A DNA stretch of 52,657 nt from Candidatus Woesearchaeota archaeon (GTDB lineage: Archaea > Nanobdellota > Nanobdellia > Woesearchaeales > UBA11576), in NCBI GenBank assembly GCA_013203345.1, contig JABMQF010000032.1:1-52657 (forward strand), in the 5' to 3' direction. Every line of letters begins with the position of its first letter. The first letter of the stretch is position 1. This document shows, one piece after another, positions 48,014 to 52,657 of the stretch. The translations under genes were made by a program, and so were the position numbers. The notes below the pieces were generated by a model, which saw only the letters and a list, made by a program, of their open reading frames with translations, was not told the origin of the DNA and ran no database searches.

Positions 48014-50371
48014 ATGGAAAAGAGACAATTTTTAGCCCTGTTTATTGCAGTAACACTATTATTTTTGCTACTGACAGGCTGTGCAGGAATTACTAGAATA
48101 GATAATTTCTTTGAAAACAAGGAATATCTCGATCATAGCAAGATTATAGATTTCGCTCTTTTCTTTATTATTTTCTTTGCACTTACTTACACTGGACTTA
48201 GTAGAGTCTGGGGTGAAGGTTTTGGCAAACCAGGTGATGCAAAAGGACCTATTGTAGGGATATCTCTGGCATTAGGAATTACTCTCGCTTTCGCCATAAT
48301 ATCCCAGACTAGATTCTCTATTACAACAATGTTCCCTATTGCCAAGGCTATGTTATTCCTCTTGATATGGTTCGTGATATGGGGATTGTTTATTGCTTCA
48401 AAAATTTTCGGAGAACACTGGGGTGGCAAAGCTATCGCCGCTATTCTTGCGTTAATCGCTTGCTATTTGATTTTCAGTATTGCAACTTTCTTTATCTGCG
48501 AGATGGAGTCAAACCAGGATGATCCTGCTTGTGAATCTGGATTCTTTAGTGGTGGTGCCCAATTATTACAAAAACTGATTAGATCATTAACACCTGACCC
48601 ATCTCCAGATCCTACGCCTGGACCAACACCAGGACCAACACCCACACCAGAATGTAGAGCAATCTCAGACTGTCCTGCTAATCATAATTGTATTGGGGGT
48701 AAATGTGAAGAACTACTCGAACCTGCTCCTCCTTGTACAACAACAGCTGATTGCTTTGCAGGTCAAATTTGTATAAGTGGTTCTTGCTTTGTCAGGAATT
48801 GTGATAGCAGTTCAGATTGTTCAGATGGTAAAACTTGCAAGGATGGTCAATGTTTAGATAGGGAATGTAATTCTATCTCAGACTGTCCTGCTAACAATAA
48901 TTGTATTGATGGTAATTGTGAAGAACTACTTCAGCCAAGACCTACTTGTACAACAACAGCTGACTGCTTTGCAGGTCAGATATGTATAAGCGGTACTTGT
49001 TTTGTCAAAGAATGTGATAGCAGTTCAGATTGTTCAGGTGGTAAGACTTGCAATAATGGTCAGTGTATAACTCCTGAGTGTACAAGCAATTCTGACTGCG
49101 GAACAAATGAAGCCTGCACAAATGGTGCGTGCGTCGCTATAGAATGTTCAAGTAATTCTGACTGCGGAACAAATGAGATCTGCAGGAATAATGAGTGTAT
49201 AACTCCAACAATCTGTACAGGTCTTCCGGGTAGCTGCCCAGACGGTCAGGTTTGCAGGAATAATGCTTGCGTACCAAGCCCATCAAGCTGTAGAAGCTAT
49301 GCTGACTGCGGCACAGGCATGGAGTGTAGAGCAGGAGTATGCGTTGCTTCAACAAGTTGTAATATGGATAGTGATTGCCTTCTTGAAAGAGTCTGTAGGG
49401 ATAATCGCTGTGTAGAACCTTATGATGCTCCTAATGATCCACAATCAGGAAATCAAGACCAGGAAGGATCTGGTGAAGAAGAAAATGAAGAAGGTGGAGG
49501 AATCCCCTGGTGGGTATGGATCATTATTGGAGTGATCGTACTTATTCTGCTAGGTCTGCTAGGAGTATCTGTTGTAGCAACTGGTTTTGTAGGTCACAGA
49601 GTTGGGTATCACCAATGGAAGAAGTGGAAGCATGGTGAAGACCTCTCTATTATGGATGATAGGATACTCGAACTTATAGTAAAAGCCATGGAAATGCTCG
49701 AAGCTTTGAACAATGACATAGGTAACAGAGAACATACTAATGATGAAAAAAGCCTTTGGAAAAGAGCAATGCAAAGCAAATCGCCCCGTCTGCGCAAGAG
49801 CATTGAGAAATATCTCGGTGGAGCAGGGTATGACAATATAACCTACGCTCCTAATCTTAACCCTCCTACTGCTGGCGGTCCAAGCAGAAAGAAGTTCCTT
49901 GACAGGGTTGAGTCCTGTGCACACACAATTAGAGAAACTCATAGTCTTTTGAACAACCGTCTGTTGAATTTCTTCTGGCCTAAGCTAAAGAGAATCAAAA
50001 AAATTGAAGACAGACTTATGAAGACTGCTGTATCACCTATAGTTCACTTTGACAAAAAAGTCACTTTCATGTATAAAGCACCACCAAGAACAACAAATAT
50101 CACAGAAGTGAAAGTTAATTATCAAAAGCCTGATGGAAGCGTCAAAACAGAGACATTGTTCAATGTGAACCCCAATATAAATGTCTGGAAATTCAAGACA
50201 TCTGACCCTCTTGTTGACGGCGCTTACAAATACAAATACTTAGTCACTCAAGGTGGAGTAGTTACTCAGCTAAAAGATTCGCTTAACAACATGTCACCAC
50301 CAGGAACTACCCAATGGAGTTTGCTGACAGTCAAGGATCCAGAGAGAGATCCAGCAGGACCAAGGCCTTAA
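48014..50371 (+). CDS. Membrane protein: TM block, Pro/Thr linker, 11 four-Cys modules, TM, cytoplasmic domain ending in a CBM48/E-set-like fold
   Basis: LLTGC; IIDFALFFIIF block; C-x5-C-x5-C-x4-C repeats; WWVWIIIG TM; VTFMY...W...DGAYKYKYLV. Confidence 0.85.
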   Translation: MEKRQFLALFIAVTLLFLLLTGCAGITRIDNFFENKEYLDHSKIIDFALFFIIFFALTYTGLSRVWGEGFGKPGDAKGPIVGISLALGITLAFAIISQTRFSITTMFPIAKAMLFLLIWFVIWGLFIASKIFGEHWGGKAIAAILALIACYLIFSIATFFICEMESNQDDPACESGFFSGGAQLLQKLIRSLTPDPSPDPTPGPTPGPTPTPECRAISDCPANHNCIGGKCEELLEPAPPCTTTADCFAGQICISGSCFVRNCDSSSDCSDGKTCKDGQCLDRECNSISDCPANNNCIDGNCEELLQPRPTCTTTADCFAGQICISGTCFVKECDSSSDCSGGKTCNNGQCITPECTSNSDCGTNEACTNGACVAIECSSNSDCGTNEICRNNECITPTICTGLPGSCPDGQVCRNNACVPSPSSCRSYADCGTGMECRAGVCVASTSCNMDSDCLLERVCRDNRCVEPYDAPNDPQSGNQDQEGSGEEENEEGGGIPWWVWIIIGVIVLILLGLLGVSVVATGFVGHRVGYHQWKKWKHGEDLSIMDDRILELIVKAMEMLEALNNDIGNREHTNDEKSLWKRAMQSKSPRLRKSIEKYLGGAGYDNITYAPNLNPPTAGGPSRKKFLDRVESCAHTIRETHSLLNNRLLNFFWPKLKRIKKIEDRLMKTAVSPIVHFDKKVTFMYKAPPRTTNITEVKVNYQKPDGSVKTETLFNVNPNINVWKFKTSDPLVDGAYKYKYLVTQGGVVTQLKDSLNNMSPPGTTQWSLLTVKDPERDPAGPRP
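48650..49075 (+). repeat. 213-bp (71-aa) intragenic tandem duplication
   Basis: Units start at 48650 and 48863 and share long identical stretches (ATCTCAGACTGTCCTGCTAA; TGTACAACAACAGCTGA; TGTGATAGCAGTTCAGATTGTTCAG). Confidence 0.85.
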
Positions 50372-50372
50372 A

Positions 50373-51422
50373 ATGGAAATTCAGACAAGCCATACAGCAG
50401 AAGAAAGGAGAAAGCGCATTCTTGAGCGTATGGACATGGTTAAAACATTTTTCGAAGATGGTGATATAAGCGGAGCTTTAACAACATTAGGTGGAGTAAA
50501 AGAAGAGTATATCAAGATTAAGGAAGACACTGCTGTTGACCCTGCAGAAAAAATAAACATTGAAACTGCAGAAAAAAACGCTGACCAACAGATTGCGGCT
50601 TCAAAAAAAGCATTCAAAGAAGACGAGGCAATGCACAAACTGCTGGCTGGAAAGACAGTAAGCATAGAACAATTGATTTCTTTGGTTAATTACTTTAGCA
50701 TAGATCCTGAGAACGACAAATGGCTTTCTGAAAGACTTTCATTCAAGCGCTTGGTATATAAGAAAAAAGGTTACAAGATACTCAAGTTCCGCTCAAAGGA
50801 CGACCAGGGCCAGATTCAGCTTGATGGTTTTGTTCATGTGCAGTCATTGGAGAAAGAGATTGACAAAGGTTGGATCCCTGTTGATGAGAAAACAATAGAA
50901 CGCATACTTGCAAAAGAGACTGCGCAGGAAATGAACAACATTGAGAAAGGAATGACCGAGACTCCACAAAAATTAATTGGTCTTATTCAGAACCTTCGGG
51001 ATCAGAAGATACAGCCAGAAATGATAAAAAAGAAGATCTTAGATACAAAACCTAAGATAAAAATGGGAGAGCATACAGCAAATATAAACTATTACATGGA
51101 GATCAACAACCATCCTGTGATACATATTGAAGGCTTCCCTGCTTCTGTATGGCTGAAACTGGAAGAACGAGCAATAGGGACTGCGGTCAGTATCCTACAC
51201 TTACTCGAACCTCTGTCAGGCAAACTAGGTAATATCAAACCATTTGGAGCTCACACCATTGAAGAAGCAATGGATCTTCGTGACCATGACATCAAAGAAC
51301 TTAGTTTCTGGAAGGAAAAAGAACCTGAAAACAACATAACAATTGAGGAAATAAACGCCTTGATATTCATGAAAAAAGGCAGGGGCGTTGTACGAAATAA
51401 AAAACCCGCCAAACCAGAATGA
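50373..51422 (+). CDS. Soluble hypothetical protein
   Basis: 349 aa, 1 nt after the previous stop. Confidence 0.8.
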   Translation: MEIQTSHTAEERRKRILERMDMVKTFFEDGDISGALTTLGGVKEEYIKIKEDTAVDPAEKINIETAEKNADQQIAASKKAFKEDEAMHKLLAGKTVSIEQLISLVNYFSIDPENDKWLSERLSFKRLVYKKKGYKILKFRSKDDQGQIQLDGFVHVQSLEKEIDKGWIPVDEKTIERILAKETAQEMNNIEKGMTETPQKLIGLIQNLRDQKIQPEMIKKKILDTKPKIKMGEHTANINYYMEINNHPVIHIEGFPASVWLKLEERAIGTAVSILHLLEPLSGKLGNIKPFGAHTIEEAMDLRDHDIKELSFWKEKEPENNITIEEINALIFMKKGRGVVRNKKPAKPE

Positions 51423-51546
51423 TACAGATAATAACCATTTAAGAATAACAAAAATTTTATATACTCACCAACTCAACTCCCTTCGAAAAGAGGCACTACT
51501 GCTTCTATAAATCATAATAAAAAAGAAAACTCATGAGGTGTTTTAT

Positions 51547-52509
51547 ATGGAAGAAAAAGATTTTAAGAAACTTATTGAACTCATTAAAAAACTCGCTCAC
51601 AAATGTCACTTAGCAGCATTGAAAGGTGTTGCAGACCTTGAGACAATACGCAGCATAACCACAACAAAAGAAATAAAATATTCACAACAAGAACTAGAAC
51701 ATGCTGAAAAAGACATGAAAGATCTTGAAGATGCAATTGAAAAACACCTAATCGCAAAAGCACAGCACTACGAAATTGATATTCTAAGAAATATTGTCCG
51801 CAGCATTAAGAACCTATACCTTAGTGGATTCAATATTACCATTTTTGAAAGAATCGCATTAAAAGATCTAAATAATTTTGTCAATGACTCTGTAAGAAAA
51901 ATTAAAAACGAAGAATATAGGCGAGCAATTAATGATGTAATCAGCAATATTATTGAAGAATGGACTGATAATCTCAGGACAATTCACGAGGGAGCCAACG
52001 CAGTCCTTAGCTCAGCAAAGGGCAGAACAACTATAACGCTAAAACTAACAGAAGCAATCCACGTTAGAGGACCAAGCATCATCAAAAGAATACAGGAGCA
52101 ACACCTAATCAAAGAAGGTCATAGAGATACCAAGAAAGCAAATGCTATTATGAATGAAATCATTAAAACGCGAAATTTAGATAAAAATAAAGCATTCGAA
52201 AAACTTAAAAGTCTAAAAACCACTGAAATTGAAGGAATTAAAGATTACACAAAAGCAATTAAACTGCTCGATACAGACTGGCAAAATGATTTAAAGGAAT
52301 TCAATGATTTGGTAGAAAAGACAAACAAAGCTGTTGAAAAACATGAAATACCTCAAAGAGACGCTGAACAAATAAAGGAATTACAAACAATATTGGTAAA
52401 CAATTTTGTTGAGCCGTTCTTACATAGCATAAATGAAAGCGTTAACCAATTAAATTCCATAAAAAAACAAGTTGAATCAAAAGCAGCACAACTCAAAAAA
52501 GCAGCCTAA
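51547..52509 (+). CDS. Soluble alpha-helical hypothetical protein
   Basis: SD GAGGTG upstream of ATG 51547 (ORF from GTG 51538); T-rich tract after the stop. Confidence 0.8.
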   Translation: MEEKDFKKLIELIKKLAHKCHLAALKGVADLETIRSITTTKEIKYSQQELEHAEKDMKDLEDAIEKHLIAKAQHYEIDILRNIVRSIKNLYLSGFNITIFERIALKDLNNFVNDSVRKIKNEEYRRAINDVISNIIEEWTDNLRTIHEGANAVLSSAKGRTTITLKLTEAIHVRGPSIIKRIQEQHLIKEGHRDTKKANAIMNEIIKTRNLDKNKAFEKLKSLKTTEIEGIKDYTKAIKLLDTDWQNDLKEFNDLVEKTNKAVEKHEIPQRDAEQIKELQTILVNNFVEPFLHSINESVNQLNSIKKQVESKAAQLKKAA

Positions 52510-52623
52510 ACATTTTTTTCTTTTTCTTATTCCCTTAACCTAGACTTTTGCGTTTTTCCTCGATGGAGTGTTGTTTTTTGAAAACGAAAGTTTTATATAT
52601 AAGTTGTTGCTACATGTGTCAAC

Positions 52624-52657
52624 ATGAGAAAAATTAAAGTTAGTAAGGGAAATTTGA
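52624..52657 (+). CDS. 5' fragment of next gene (MRKIKVSKGNL...)
   Basis: ATG about 25 nt after TTTATATA; open to the window end. Confidence 0.45.
   Translation, partial: MRKIKVSKGNL

Noticed and set aside
479-51451. Many short ORFs antisense to or nested in long genes (e.g. 3025-3525, 4251-4745, 31862-32458, 44631-45140, 45201-45833)
   Set aside because: Ser/Phe/Leu-rich shadow frames of E/K-rich genes with no motifs.

Overview
AT-rich archaeal genomic DNA. L35Ae, archaeal NMN adenylyltransferase, BHB-intron tRNAs and TATA promoters point to an archaeon; a DPANN/Woesearchaeota-like lineage is an inference. There are four blocks. (1) 1-5.4 kb is a candidate RiPP-like locus. It has a B12-binding radical SAM enzyme with a C-terminal SPASM-like Cys domain, a lipoprotein M16 peptidase pair (active plus inactive subunit) and an unannotated 59-aa peptide gene with a strong SD. 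A possibly related short ORF runs off the left edge. (2) 5.5-31.2 kb is a defence/accessory island 3' of an intron-containing tRNA-Met. It carries a DUF234 ATPase, PIN/TA modules, a membrane-anchored UvrD helicase-nuclease, a DUF2779 protein, RadC, a Type I R-M operon with a small RHH gene and two cargo genes, GIY-YIG, an orphan MNT, a Ser/Thr kinase, decayed paralogs and IS200/IS605-like hairpins. (3) 31.3-35 kb is housekeeping: tRNA-Met, vapBC, HIT, hydrolase, nadM, tRNA-Ala(GGC) with two non-canonical introns, and rpl35ae. (4) 35.4-52.5 kb is a co-oriented ~17 kb cluster led by a pseudo-ATPase/wHTH protein behind a palindrome array. It encodes mosaic paralogous membrane proteins (shared TM block, Cys-rich ectodomains, shared helical cytoplasmic domain, variable C-terminal domains such as a PPP phosphatase or a CBM48-like fold) alternating with soluble helical proteins. 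Blocks 1 and 4 are the best candidates for undescribed systems. All calls are by eye; no searches were run.
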